Assembly (NCBI GenBank): GCA_965202665.1
Contig: OZ241841.1
Location: forward strand, 2,528,001 to 2,592,000
Direction of reading: 5' to 3'
Length of the DNA stretch: 64,000 nt
From: Candidatus Spongiisociaceae bacterium
GTDB lineage: Bacteria; Actinomycetota; Acidimicrobiia; Spongiisociales; Spongiisociaceae
This document shows positions 8,068 through 16,731 of this stretch, piece by piece (position 1 is the stretch's first letter; each line of letters begins with the position of its first letter). A model generated the notes under the pieces. It had not been told where the DNA came from, did not search any database, and saw only the letters and a program-made list of their open reading frames with translations. The position numbers were made by a program, and so were the translations under genes.

Positions 8068-11000
8068 TTAGTGGTGGTTGGTAATAGGAGGGGGATCGTT
8101 ATCGCCTGGTTCATCATCGCTCCCCTTGTTGTATTTTTTTATGAATTTGGGGGTTTTGACAAGTGCTGTTTTACCTCCGCTTTGCTTCATAAAAGTGGCA
8201 TTGAATAACTGTATATATGGCCAGAGATGATCCAATCCTATTTCATGGAGTATCATTTTGTCGATTTGGTCAGTAATATAACGAATCTCGCGAGCATCAT
8301 AATTTCCTACCCATTGCTTAGCATTCTTAGCATATTTCAATGTCTCCTTAAGGGCTTCATGTATATCAGGTGCTAAATGAGATAACTCTTTTAGGAACTC
8401 ACGACGTCCTGGGATTGGAATAGATAAAATCCCTGATTTTGTGAGGTGGAACCCATCACCAGAGCAAGCCCACCATAAAAGAGAGATTTTACTGAGGGAT
8501 ATAGCTAAGGCTGCATTGCGTGAATGGCGGGACTGGAAAAATATTGATTTAACCTGGGGCTGCTCAAGAGGATCACCAAACAAATCATAAGCTTCGGGAG
8601 GATCGATGAATGAACTGATATAATGATATAACACTGTTTTGTATGATAAAATAACTCCACTTTTTACAGTTAGATTACCTATAGTTGTTTCGTTCGAGAG
8701 AAGTTGTTGTAATATTTTCCCTTCTTGTGGTGAGCCAATTTTTAACCATCCGATATGTTTTTCGATTTCTTTAGGCAGGCGAGTATATCTTATATTTTCA
8801 AACAAGACTGGCCTATACTTCTTTAAACATCTATAGAAACGAGTTACAGAAAGATATGATTGTTCAGCAGTAGAGCAAGCAGATCCAGCCAGTATTATGA
8901 CTCTGACTTTGACGCCTGCAAAAAGCGGATCAGGATCTTTATCGTAAGTGCTAATCCATCGCTTTGGTAGAGATTGGGTTACTATATTTCTGGTTTTGTT
9001 GAAATCCTTTCTAAATTGAAATGAAACTGGTAATATCATAGAGAATCTAGAGTTATGGTTTATAAATTGCAACGAACGTTCTACGCAAACATTGAATATA
9101 TTGGCTAAATTATTAGTTTGAAAACCATGCCATTTGTACCCTATTACTTTATTTCTGCTGATATAGGGTGGGTTACCGATAACGACATCAAATCCACCAT
9201 TATTGAAGATCGCCGGGAATTCGACGAACCAATGGAAGGGTTGGTGGGATCCTACCCATTGATCGAAATCGTCCTGTTCGGTTCTTATTTCGTATAGATT
9301 ATTGTTGAGGCGGGAACGCAGTATTTCCTGTTCGTTTTTGATTTTCCTTTTCATTTCTCGGAGAGTGTTTGGATCGTCATTTTGTTGTTCGGCTTGGGAG
9401 AATTCATTCATCAGGTTGGCTAGCGGTATCGCACTTTGTTTGATGTCTTCCACTTTGTCGAGACCGAGCAGCTCCATTCCCAGTCGTTCTTCGGCATCTT
9501 TGAGATGAGCTATCCCTACCAACAGGTTACCGGTTTTGATGTTGAAATCTAGGCCGGGGAGTGGCTCTATGTTGTCGCCTTCGGACAGTTGGGCAACCAG
9601 TTTTAGGAACATTCTCAACCTGGCTATTTCACCTGCTTCCGGCATCAGATCCACGCCGTATAAATTATTGAGCGTTGCCTGCTTGTAGATGAAATACATA
9701 CGATTACGGTGCTCATCAGCCTCACGTAACATGTTTGGAGTAGTATTTCCTATGGACAGTTCCGCCGCCCGGTCTAGTAGGGCCGTGTAGCAGTCGGCTA
9801 GGATGTCCAAGGCGGCGAATAAGAAGGCACCGGAGCCGCAGGTTGGATCTAGGATGGTAATCTTCTGTAGCGTTCGGTAGGCTGACTCCACTGACTCTAT
9901 GGGCGTTAGCATTCCCAGGAAGTCGGTTATCAGGGTCCGTAAGTCCAGGTTGGCGGTGATGGCGTCGTCCACGGTGCGGATTTCTCCCTCCGCTACTCGC
10001 TTCCTTAATTCACGATAATGGCGGTGCCGGTCGATTGTTTCCCACCAAGTTTCACCAGGTAACCCGATGTTGGGCGGGGACTTTTCGAACCAATCCTCGT
10101 CTACTATTTGTGCGGGGTCGGCCACGCCTGCCGCTATATCATCCGGCAACTTCTCGGTGATGCCGTAGGAAATGGACTCATGGATATAACGATCCGGCTC
10201 CAACAGTAGCAAATCCATCGGATCATCGGTTAAATCCAGCCGGTCTAGCAAGGCGGGGATGACCGTCACCGAAGTCATGTAACCGGTGATGTCCTCTTTG
10301 GTGTAATATGCTCCCTGTTCTTTTTGGTTTACCAGTTGTTCAAAAACGTAACCTAGTATGTCTGGGTTGATTTCGTTTGGCTCATAAGTGGGTCGTTCGT
10401 CTAAATGCCAGCGGTATTGGTCGAAAAAATCGAAGATACGCTCGAACTCGCGGTCGGGAATGTTAATATTATGCTGCTCCTCCAAATAGTGAGGGTCGAA
10501 TATGGCTCCGTTTACATAAGGAATTTCGCCGATTATTTCAGCTATATTGGGGTCATTGTAGAGGTGCTGGTGAGAACCGAAGCCCTCGTGAAACAGCGGC
10601 AACAGAAACTTGCGGAAGAATCCGTAGAAAGAGTCTTCTCCTAGTAGTCCGCGAACCATATTTAGGCGATTTCGTAGGTAATCACGGTCGCCCTCCAAAA
10701 ACCCTTTCTTTTGTAGGAAGTAAATGAACATCAGCCGGTTTAGCAACACCGAGCCGTACCAACTTCGGTCAGCGAAACTTTCTATTCCTTTAATGAATTT
10801 TGTAAGGTTTTCGTGGTGTTCCCTGAAATCATCATAAAATCTCTTGGTTATCTTGTCGGCTTTGAACTGGCCCCGTACCCTGTTTAGTACGTCCATCACC
10901 GTTAAGTTGTCTTCTTCTTCTACGCAAAAACGGATTCCGGCTAGTCGTTGCACCAAGTGTTCGTTCATGGTGCCCACCTGATATTTGTAAGTTACCAGGT

Positions 11001-11313
11001 GATAGCCGACACCCGACGGTCTTGTTTCCGGCCATATCCATAACTGGCGGTTTCCGTCGACGAAAATTAGCAATCGCTCTCGGGATCGCTTGGAAATTTC
11101 TCGGTCGATGAGCCGTCGCTCCTGGGATCCGGGTATGCCGTCAATCTGCCATACGCCCACTCCCCGTTTGGCGGCCACCTGCTGCACCGCATTGTCCTGT
11201 CCGATGCCGGGGAGGGTGTCGTGTTCGGGGTTGTCCCAGCCCAGGTAGTTGAACAATTCGGTGAAGTCGCCGCGGTCCAAGAACTTGCGGATGCATTCCG
11301 TGTCCACCCTCAT
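8068..11313 (-). CDS. Large N6-adenine DNA methyltransferase (gamma class, Eco57I-like) with C-terminal target-recognition region
   Basis: GAYYT, motif I ILDPTCGSGAFL, GVD, FHW.VEFP, motif IV GFDVVIGNPPY. Confidence 0.92.
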   Translation of the reverse strand: MRVDTECIRKFLDRGDFTELFNYLGWDNPEHDTLPGIGQDNAVQQVAAKRGVGVWQIDGIPGSQERRLIDREISKRSRERLLIFVDGNRQLWIWPETRPSGVGYHLVTYKYQVGTMNEHLVQRLAGIRFCVEEEDNLTVMDVLNRVRGQFKADKITKRFYDDFREHHENLTKFIKGIESFADRSWYGSVLLNRLMFIYFLQKKGFLEGDRDYLRNRLNMVRGLLGEDSFYGFFRKFLLPLFHEGFGSHQHLYNDPNIAEIIGEIPYVNGAIFDPHYLEEQHNINIPDREFERIFDFFDQYRWHLDERPTYEPNEINPDILGYVFEQLVNQKEQGAYYTKEDITGYMTSVTVIPALLDRLDLTDDPMDLLLLEPDRYIHESISYGITEKLPDDIAAGVADPAQIVDEDWFEKSPPNIGLPGETWWETIDRHRHYRELRKRVAEGEIRTVDDAITANLDLRTLITDFLGMLTPIESVESAYRTLQKITILDPTCGSGAFLFAALDILADCYTALLDRAAELSIGNTTPNMLREADEHRNRMYFIYKQATLNNLYGVDLMPEAGEIARLRMFLKLVAQLSEGDNIEPLPGLDFNIKTGNLLVGIAHLKDAEERLGMELLGLDKVEDIKQSAIPLANLMNEFSQAEQQNDDPNTLREMKRKIKNEQEILRSRLNNNLYEIRTEQDDFDQWVGSHQPFHWFVEFPAIFNNGGFDVVIGNPPYISRNKVIGYKWHGFQTNNLANIFNVCVERSLQFINHNSRFSMILPVSFQFRKDFNKTRNIVTQSLPKRWISTYDKDPDPLFAGVKVRVIILAGSACSTAEQSYLSVTRFYRCLKKYRPVLFENIRYTRLPKEIEKHIGWLKIGSPQEGKILQQLLSNETTIGNLTVKSGVILSYKTVLYHYISSFIDPPEAYDLFGDPLEQPQVKSIFFQSRHSRNAALAISLSKISLLWWACSGDGFHLTKSGILSIPIPGRREFLKELSHLAPDIHEALKETLKYAKNAKQWVGNYDAREIRYITDQIDKMILHEIGLDHLWPYIQLFNATFMKQSGGKTALVKTPKFIKKYNKGSDDEPGDNDPPPITNHH

Positions 11314-14300
11314 GGCGCGAACCCCATGGAGCAGAGCAGGCGCACCTCGCCTTCAGCTAGTTTGTCTTCCGGTAGGCATAGAGTCCCCGCTTCGTGCAGG
11401 GCCATTATCAGTTGCGCCAAATCTTCGGGGGTTCTTTCCCGCAGGGCTTTGGCTAGGCGATTGGCGGCGTCTTCTAGAAGCGGTTTGCGGAACAGCTCAT
11501 CCAGCGCCTTGTCGATGGCGCTGCCGTCGATGAACAGGCTGTCCGGATATTTTTCCTTATAGTTGCGGAGGCGGTCCCAGCATCTTTTGCGGATGCCGGT
11601 GAGGGAACCTTCCCGGTGGGCGGCGGGGGACAGCAGCGGGCCGGTGACCGCGGTGGCCACCAGTTCGTGGTGGGCGGCGATATGGGGGGGGGGGGTGGCG
11701 TTATCGACTGGTTCGCATTGCGCGGTTTGCAGGGCCTGATAGGGGTCCAGCAGGCGGGAATCCCACTCCAAGTTGGTGAAAGCCAGGGCGGGCAGGCCGT
11801 AGCTCTTTTCGGCGCAGGCCAGCACGCCCGCTTCCCCGTCCGGCGGGGCGGCGATTGTGGAATACACTCCGTCGGGGAGGGCTTCCGCTTGCTTGGCCAG
11901 ATCAGGGTGATGTTCTTCCGCGCGCCGCCAGATTTCATAGGCGTGGGACGCCCAATCCACTTCTTCGTCCGGTTCCTCCCAATCCATGCGGGAATTCTCG
12001 TCGTACAATCCTTCCAAAAAGCGCTGTTCTCCTTCCTCCCCGAAGAAAGTCTCATCGGAGCCGAACACGTATGCGCTTTCCGCCAGACGGCGGGCTATCC
12101 GTTTGCGCAGGCCGATCACCGCCTCCACCCCTTCCGCGGGCAGGAACGAATAGACCAGCACCTCCCGGTTTTTCTGTCCAATGCGGTCCACCCTCCCCGC
12201 CCGTTGGATGATTTTCACGATCGCCCACGGCAGGTCGAAGTTGACCACGATGTGGGCATCCTGCAGGTTCTGCCCTTCCGACAGCACATCGGTGGCGACC
12301 AGCACCCGGATTTCCTCCGAATCGGCGGGCAAACCCCCGATAGGGCGGTTGGCTTTTGGGGAGAAACGGCGGGCGGCGGCGGTCGGATCGTCGGAGGAGC
12401 CCGACACCGCCTCCACCGACTCCACTCCCCGCCGCCGGAGGGAGCGGGCAACGTATTCGGCCGTGTCCCGGTATTCGGTGAACACCAGCACTTTGTCATG
12501 ACGGTGGGCGCCTTGGAGAAGTTCCTGCAAGGCGTCCAGTTTGGAATCTTCTTCTTGCTTCCACTCGCCCAAAAATCCCAGCAGGTCTTCCAGAAGGGCG
12601 CAGTCCCGTTCCAGTTTTTCGGCCAACTTGTCGGTGAACAGTTCCGGGCGCACCCATTTTACGGCGCGGCCCGCTTTGGCTTCGATCGCCCGGTGGACGG
12701 CGGCCGCCGCCTGCTCCCATTCCCGCGCCGTCCGGGGGGCGGCGGCCGGGCTTTCCTCACCCGGCCAGGGCTCCGCGTCTTCTTCGTCCTCCCATTGCGG
12801 GTTCTCGTAGTGCCCGATGGGCAGGGGAAGGCCCCGCCGTATGGCGTGCAGGTAAACCCGGTCCCGCAACAGGTGCCGTTCCAGGCTTATTCGGAAAACC
12901 GCCCCCGATGAGGAAAGCCGCTTGTACAGCCGGGTGCGGGTGATGCCGATCAGGTTGGCGGCGGCTTTCCTCCATCTTTCCATAATCTCCGCTTCCGCTT
13001 CGGTCGGTTCGGCCTGCGGGTGCAGGAATTTGGCCAGGGTGTAACGGGGCAGGCTCAGCCGGTCGATGGAATCCAAAGTGCGGTCGGACATCATCGTCGC
13101 GGTGGGGGAATCCGGGGGGACGTCGTGGCGGAGCGGATGGGGGACGCGGCGGGGGAAGACGATGGGCCGGCCGTCGGAGCCGGTAAGGTTTTCCCCGTAG
13201 TTTTTTTCAATGAAACGGCGGGTACGGCGCACCAGGAACAGGGACATCAAACGCCGGTAATCCTCCGCTTCTTCACTGCGTCGGAAAGCCCCCAAAGTTT
13301 GCGGTTTGTCTTCGCATTGGCGCAGAAACTCAACATCGCCCGTTTTCATGATGTGCCGTTCCGGGCGGATGCCCAAATCGGCGTCCGGGTTCACGAACAG
13401 CCCCAGTTGGTTTGCCACGTCCAAAAAGCGCTTGTTGTAGGGGGTGGCGGTGAGTAGGATCACTTTGCTGTCGTTGCGCCCGATGTAGTCTTTGAGTTGG
13501 ATGTAGTCTTTACGGGTGCGGGTGCGCAGGTTGTGGCTCTCATCGATGACCACCACCCGGTAGCGGCGCATTTCGGGCAGATCGCGGGCAACCAGCGACA
13601 GGGACAGCACCCGGGCGTGCAACCGGTAATGCTCCACGTATCCTTGCCACATCGTCACCAGGTTTTTGGGGCAGACGATGAGGGTTTCGGAGCCGGTTTC
13701 CTCCTGCAGGAGCAGGGCGATGGCGGCGGCGATCATCGTTTTGCCCAGCCCCACCACGTCGCCCACCATCACCCCGCCCCGCCGGTTGAGGATGCGGGCC
13801 GCGATGCGCACCGCCGCCGCCTGGTAGTCGAACAGGTCGTCGGCCATCGACTGGGGGAGGCCGTATTCCACCAAGCCTTCCCGGGCCTCCCGGGACAGGT
13901 GGTAGGCCAGTTTCAGGTAGATCAGATAGGGATGCAGGCGGCGTTCGCCCGCCCATGATTCTTCCAGCGCCTCGATCAGTTCCGGGGTGATGTCCAAGGT
14001 GTACTGGTCGTGCCACAGGTTCTCGAACCAGTCGTGCAGTTTTGCGACCGCGTCGTGATCCAGCACGTCCACGTTCAGTTCCCCTTCCCGGGCCAGCCCG
14101 GCCATGGTCAGATTGGAGGAGCCGACGAAGCCGGTCATCGGGTTGTCCGGGTCGTCCCGGTGGCACAGGTACAGTTTGGCGTGCAGGCGGTGGCGCAGGA
14201 ACAGCCGGGCGCAGGCCCGGCCCTCCCGCAGGGAAAGGGTGAGATGGCGGAGGGCGGCTTGGTCGTCGGAGGAGGGGAGTCCCAGGGTTAGCTGGCGGCG

Positions 14301-14615
14301 CAGGTCGGCCAAGGCGTCTTTGCCGAGCCGGTCGGCGGTGCGGTTGTCCATACGGGGGGCGTCTCGTCCGATTTTGCGCCGCTTCTCGATTTCCACATGG
14401 GGCGGGTCGGCCATTCCCAGAAGCAACCGCACCTTGTGGGCCGGGGACGGGGCGCCGGGCGGAGGGTCGGACATGGCGTCCACCGACCCGGCCAGCAACC
14501 CCCAGCCCCGCAGGTTGAAGTAGCCGACGCAGGCGTCTAATTGATGGGAGTTGGGCAGGGACTGCCGGAGGGCCTCGTCCAAGCGGGCGTCCAGGTTGTC
14601 GAAAATACGCGGCAT
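11310..14615 (-). CDS. PLD-nuclease + SNF2-family helicase fusion (restriction-type subunit)
   Basis: LHAKLYL...GSSNLT (PLD), GDVVGLGKT, DESH, LTATP, SEGQNLQ, QRAGRVDRIGQ; ATGA overlap with the MTase. Confidence 0.92.
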   Translation of the reverse strand: MPRIFDNLDARLDEALRQSLPNSHQLDACVGYFNLRGWGLLAGSVDAMSDPPPGAPSPAHKVRLLLGMADPPHVEIEKRRKIGRDAPRMDNRTADRLGKDALADLRRQLTLGLPSSDDQAALRHLTLSLREGRACARLFLRHRLHAKLYLCHRDDPDNPMTGFVGSSNLTMAGLAREGELNVDVLDHDAVAKLHDWFENLWHDQYTLDITPELIEALEESWAGERRLHPYLIYLKLAYHLSREAREGLVEYGLPQSMADDLFDYQAAAVRIAARILNRRGGVMVGDVVGLGKTMIAAAIALLLQEETGSETLIVCPKNLVTMWQGYVEHYRLHARVLSLSLVARDLPEMRRYRVVVIDESHNLRTRTRKDYIQLKDYIGRNDSKVILLTATPYNKRFLDVANQLGLFVNPDADLGIRPERHIMKTGDVEFLRQCEDKPQTLGAFRRSEEAEDYRRLMSLFLVRRTRRFIEKNYGENLTGSDGRPIVFPRRVPHPLRHDVPPDSPTATMMSDRTLDSIDRLSLPRYTLAKFLHPQAEPTEAEAEIMERWRKAAANLIGITRTRLYKRLSSSGAVFRISLERHLLRDRVYLHAIRRGLPLPIGHYENPQWEDEEDAEPWPGEESPAAAPRTAREWEQAAAAVHRAIEAKAGRAVKWVRPELFTDKLAEKLERDCALLEDLLGFLGEWKQEEDSKLDALQELLQGAHRHDKVLVFTEYRDTAEYVARSLRRRGVESVEAVSGSSDDPTAAARRFSPKANRPIGGLPADSEEIRVLVATDVLSEGQNLQDAHIVVNFDLPWAIVKIIQRAGRVDRIGQKNREVLVYSFLPAEGVEAVIGLRKRIARRLAESAYVFGSDETFFGEEGEQRFLEGLYDENSRMDWEEPDEEVDWASHAYEIWRRAEEHHPDLAKQAEALPDGVYSTIAAPPDGEAGVLACAEKSYGLPALAFTNLEWDSRLLDPYQALQTAQCEPVDNATPPPHIAAHHELVATAVTGPLLSPAAHREGSLTGIRKRCWDRLRNYKEKYPDSLFIDGSAIDKALDELFRKPLLEDAANRLAKALRERTPEDLAQLIMALHEAGTLCLPEDKLAEGEVRLLCSMGFAP
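11684..11695. repeat. G12/C12 homopolymer inside helicase ORF
   Basis: 12 consecutive G on + strand (T-P-P-P-H on coding strand). Confidence 0.9.
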
Positions 14616-14653
14616 TGTCGGCTAGCGTAGCCTCCTAATTAAGGATAAGGAGG

Positions 14654-15319
14654 GCTGATGGCCGATAAAGTTTGGACCAGTCCGAGGGGCCACTACAAGG
14701 TGATCACCGTTATTCCCGATGGGTACGAGGGTGGAACCCGGGAGGAGTGGGCGGAGCGTTTGGGTTTGGATCTGAGCGTTTTCCAGAGGGAGGACAACGA
14801 AACCCCGGAGGAGAAGGCGGAACGCGTCGCGCGGGCGTCGGCTGAGGTGGATGCGTTGTTTGAGGAGATAGGTTTTACGCCCACCGAGGAGCAAATAGCC
14901 GAGGTAGAAGCCCTCTGGGAGTATATGGGCTGGCAGAAAACCCCGAACGGCTAGGCCGGGTAAGCCGGTTGGCAGGAGAACCCAGTCTTTGACGAACGAT
15001 CAAATCGCGGGACGACCCGCGACTTGCCGATTCCACGCTGGCTCGGCTTTGGCCTCCGTGCGGCGAAGGCGCCTGGGCAGTGATGGGAATATTTTATTTT
15101 GGGGGTGGGGGTAGGATGCGGGTAGCCGTAGGAAAGGAGATCGCTGATGGCGACGGAAGTTTGGACCAGCCCAAGGGGCCACTACAAGGTGATCACCGTT
15201 ATTCCCGATGGGTATGAGAATGAGACCCGGGAGGAGTGGGCGGAGCGTTTGGGTTTGGATCTGAGCGTTTTCCAGAGGGAGGACAACGAAACCCCGGAGG
15301 AGAAGGCGGAGCGCGTCGC
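14654..15319 (+). repeat. ~177-bp direct repeat (14654-14830 vs 15143-15319)
   Basis: Long identical blocks such as ACCCGGGAGGAGTGGGCGGAGCGTTTGGGTTTGGATCTGAGCGTTTTCCAGAGGGAGGACAACGAAACCCCGGAGGAGAAGGCGGA in both copies. Confidence 0.9.
14658..14954 (+). CDS. Small acidic protein, paralogue of downstream putative antitoxin
   Basis: AGGAGG RBS; first ~58 aa nearly identical to 15147-15461. Confidence 0.75.
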   Translation: MADKVWTSPRGHYKVITVIPDGYEGGTREEWAERLGLDLSVFQREDNETPEEKAERVARASAEVDALFEEIGFTPTEEQIAEVEALWEYMGWQKTPNG

Positions 15320-15461
15320 CAAGGCCCTTGCTGATAACAAGAGGCTCTTTGAGGAGCAGGGATGGAGATGGGAACGTACCCCGGAGGAGCAGGCTGAGTT
15401 GGACGCACTCTGGGAGTATCTGGGAGACAGTAGCCTGAACGGCGAGCCAGAGTTGGGTTGA
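15147..15461 (+). CDS. Putative antitoxin of the PIN toxin
   Basis: AAGGAG RBS; acidic 104 aa; stop overlaps start of the PIN gene. Confidence 0.7.
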   Translation: MATEVWTSPRGHYKVITVIPDGYENETREEWAERLGLDLSVFQREDNETPEEKAERVAKALADNKRLFEEQGWRWERTPEEQAELDALWEYLGDSSLNGEPELG

Positions 15462-15844
15462 TGGGTTATACCTACGACTCGGGGGCCTTGATCGCCGCCG
15501 AGCGCGGCAACGTCAGAATGTGGGGTATGCATAATGATATGGTGTCCAAAGGGGTCAGGCCGGTGGTGCCCGCTGGGGTGTTGGCCCAAGTGTGGAGGGG
15601 CGGAAGTGGCCGCCAGGCGGTTTTGGCGCGGATGTTGCAACAGTGTGAGGTAGAACCCTTGGAAGAGGGTTTGGCCAAGCAGGTGGGCGTCGCTCTCCAA
15701 AAGGCGGGATCGTCGGATGTGGTTGACACATCTGTCGTAGTGAGCGCCATAGGACGGGGGGACAGCGTAGTTACCAGCGACCCGCAGGACATCCAAGATA
15801 TATCGGATGCTTTAGGTAAACGGGTGAAAATTACCACTGTTTGA
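15458..15844 (+). CDS. PIN-domain (VapC-like) toxin
   Basis: YDSGALIA, VLAQVWRG, DVVDTSVV, VVTSDP.D acidic PIN motifs; 128 aa. Confidence 0.85.
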   Translation: MMGYTYDSGALIAAERGNVRMWGMHNDMVSKGVRPVVPAGVLAQVWRGGSGRQAVLARMLQQCEVEPLEEGLAKQVGVALQKAGSSDVVDTSVVVSAIGRGDSVVTSDPQDIQDISDALGKRVKITTV

Positions 15845-16092
15845 CCTTGCGGATGGGGAGGGGTGCGCTGTCCCGGGCTCGGCTATCCAACCCCGGCGTC
15901 GCAACCGAGCAGGGGCGCCTCGTGCGCGTTGCGTTCGTTGCGTGAACCTCGGGAACGCTAGGCGCTGATCGGATCTTCGCGTCCCCCTCCGCCCCCATCG
16001 TCTGCGCCGAAACATTCTGTCAGCGGGCTTCTGTTCGTCATCCGGGTCGGAGCCGCGGTGGGGGGCGGCGGGGCGAAAGGGGCGGGTTCGAT

Positions 16093-16139
16093 TTGACAGG
16101 TGGGATAAAGTGGACAATAGTGGGGCGAAGTGGTATAGT
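16093..16139 (+). promoter_or_regulatory. dcw promoter with four MraZ boxes
   Basis: GTGGG/GTGGA/GTGGG/GTGGT at 16100, 16110, 16120, 16130; TGGACA-N17-TATAGT plus upstream TTGACA. Confidence 0.75.
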
Positions 16140-16196
16140 TACCAACCCGCCCCCGGAGGAAGGGAGCGGTCCGGCAAGGAGGAAGGGAAGCCCGCG

Positions 16197-16628
16197 GTGT
16201 TTCTCGGCGAGTACCAACACTCGGTGGACGACAAGGGACGGATGGTTCTGCCCTCCCGGTTCCGCAACGGCATGGCCGATGGGTGCGTGGTCACCAAAGG
16301 CCAGGAGCGGTGCCTGTACGTCTTTCCGATGGCCCGTTGGCAGGAGGAAGTGGAGCGTTTCCGTTCCCTGCCCCGCACCGACGCCCGCGCCCGCCGCCTC
16401 ACCCGATCCTTCTTCGCCGGGGCCATCTCCCAGGAACTAGACGCCAACGGACGGGTGCAACTACCGCCGGGCCTGCGGGACTACGCCGGACTGGGCAAAG
16501 AAGTGACGGTGATCGGCGTCTCCGACCGGGTGGAGATTTGGAACACCGCCGAATGGACGGACTACACCGCCGCCGCCGACGAATTCTATTCGAACATAGA
16601 GGAGGCCTTATACGACGCCGGGATCTGA
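16197..16628 (+). CDS. mraZ: Transcriptional regulator MraZ
   Basis: FLGEYQHSVDDKGR and ELDANGRV motifs; head of dcw cluster. Confidence 0.95.
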   Translation: MFLGEYQHSVDDKGRMVLPSRFRNGMADGCVVTKGQERCLYVFPMARWQEEVERFRSLPRTDARARRLTRSFFAGAISQELDANGRVQLPPGLRDYAGLGKEVTVIGVSDRVEIWNTAEWTDYTAAADEFYSNIEEALYDAGI

Positions 16629-16731
16629 GAAAACGACAAGTCCCAAACCCCGGCTCATCGCCGGCTCTCCGGGAAACCATGGAAAGCCCTTACTCCGCCC
16701 GCTTAACTGGTTTCTCTCCGGAGGGCCGGCC

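Noticed and set aside
8068-14615. Complete DISARM or BREX system
   Set aside because: drmA/drmB and pglZ/brxC-type genes are absent from the neighbourhood
15845-16090. Structured ncRNA between the PIN toxin gene and mraZ
   Set aside because: GC-rich with only incidental hairpins; no recognisable RNA family motif
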